A stretch of DNA of 63,536 bases, counting the filler, from Octopus bimaculoides (taxonomy: Eukaryota): NCBI RefSeq assembly GCF_001194135.2. It is 8 parts of 7 records of this genome, joined end to end, with 100 filler letters (N's around TTAATTAATTAA, not from the genome) between each part and the next. Parts side by side here need not be neighbours in the genome. Positions count along the whole stretch, not along the records: positions 62,162 to 63,536 come from NC_068983.1; 7 more parts are not named here. One strand, written 5' to 3'. Shown here in pieces: positions 62,162 through 63,536 of the stretch. The notes beneath the pieces were generated by a model. The model saw only the letters and a list, made by a program, of their open reading frames with translations, did not search any database and had not been told where the DNA came from. Position 1 is the stretch's first letter. Every line of letters starts with the position of its first letter. The position numbers were made by a program, and so were the translations under genes.

Positions 62162-63536
62162 ATTTTCATACTTACACTGTTTTTAACATTTTCATCTTAT
62201 TATCAGAGAATGTGTGATAATCAGTATGTAACACTACAAAGTTCATACAAAGCTTTATACTTTAAATATATTCCTCTTATTATCATCAAAGAATGTATAT
62301 ATGCATTATAATACTCAAACTGTTTTTTAACATTTTTTATTATTCTCAAAGACTTTTGATAATCTTTTTCTAAAAAAGTGAAACCGGTTAAGTAAATAAA
62401 TATCTTTAAAATAAGTGCATTTTCAAACCTTCTCTCATATATATTTCCACTCGTACGGTATTCCACAACTTTACTTTATTATATATATATATAATTGGGC
62501 AACGTGAAACGAAGTGTTGGTTGAAGAACACAACGCACTCTCTCGTCCAGTAATCGAAACTGCAATATTGCGACCGCGTGTGCAACACCCTAACCAATTG
62601 CCTTACAATACAGTATGTATTTAAAAACTGGTATACTTGTACTACAGATTGTTTGTTAAGAAACTGCTCCTTAGGAGGTGGGGACCTTCTTTGGCAATGT
62701 TCCTTATAATTTATAATCTGTAAGGATCTTCAAGACAAGACGATATGTCCTGTAAAAATTATGAGAGTTTATTTGCGAGAGAATGGTTAGGATGACCGAT
62801 AGGACGCTGGGTAATTGACCAAAAATTAATGGTCCATATCAAATTAGTGACTGTGTACCCATGTCTATGGTGTGACTAGTGCACTAGGCTTTCTCAGTGG
62901 TTTCAACCAAGGTAACTCCAAATAAATTATCGTTGTTGTTTAGCCTCGTCATCTCTACTTAAATAAACTTACGATGAAACGCATTTTGGACATGACTTTT
63001 CTTTTTTGTTTTGTTTTATTCTAGGTAGAGTAGACCATATTTCTGAATGTTCCTTATATATGCCGGTAAGATATGGTCTGAGTTTCAGATAGTTGCTTCT
63101 TTCGCTGGTTGGCTATCTAAGGAGATGCGGCAGGGTATCTATGCGGCAGGGTATTTATTTAGACATCAAGTAAAACCATCACTTCTAAACATCACGGTAA
63201 TCATATCGTCTACAATTTCATCACATAGTAAATATCCTCGTAAGGTAGTTATAGTTACATCGCTAAATTCATCAAGCTAAATATATCAACTGTAAATTCA
63301 CAATCATACGCATCCGAACATTACTTAGAGTTTTTATCCAGTTTTCATTTCATTTTTGATTAAATGAAAACTGAATAAAAAACTTTATTCACGGTTGCAT
63401 TTCATTAATAATGAAAACGAAATTCGAAGATGAAAAATTATTATTATTAAATCTACCCGAAATGTACATGAAAAACAAATTTAAATCACTTTTGAAAATA
63501 GAATTTTAAAATGTAGTAAAAACATTAGATTGGAGG

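Noticed and set aside
62221-62466. 81-aa minus-strand ORF
   Set aside because: AT-rich with an internal degenerate repeat; no recognisable motif.

Overview
Eukaryotic genomic DNA from a draft assembly. The SINE families and extreme microsatellite density suggest an octopus/cephalopod genome (inference). Roughly 6 kb is N gaps, and seven artificial N44-TTAATTAATTAA-N44 linkers split the window into eight blocks. Two host genes are supported. (1) A multi-exon, plus-strand giantin (GOLGB1)-like golgin at 17806-42980: at least about 4,150 aa visible, two giant exons of 7,044 and 4,371 bp, a C-terminal Y-x4-H transmembrane anchor, and a 5' end cut off at a linker. (2) An intronless minus-strand SLC17/sialin-like MFS transporter at 46655-48112 with substitutions at residues important in human sialin. 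The rest is transposon debris: CR1-group, RTE and R4/Dong-type LINE fragments, several tRNA-derived SINE families, mariner/Tc1, a piggyBac-type MITE and a probable non-autonomous Helitron. The most unusual signals are minimal type I hammerhead-ribozyme motifs with palindromic stem III in several unrelated repeat families (two arranged as long foldbacks), and an intact C4HC3 PHD finger inside the reverse transcriptase of the RTE element. All assignments come from reading the sequence and recalling family motifs; no database searches were run.
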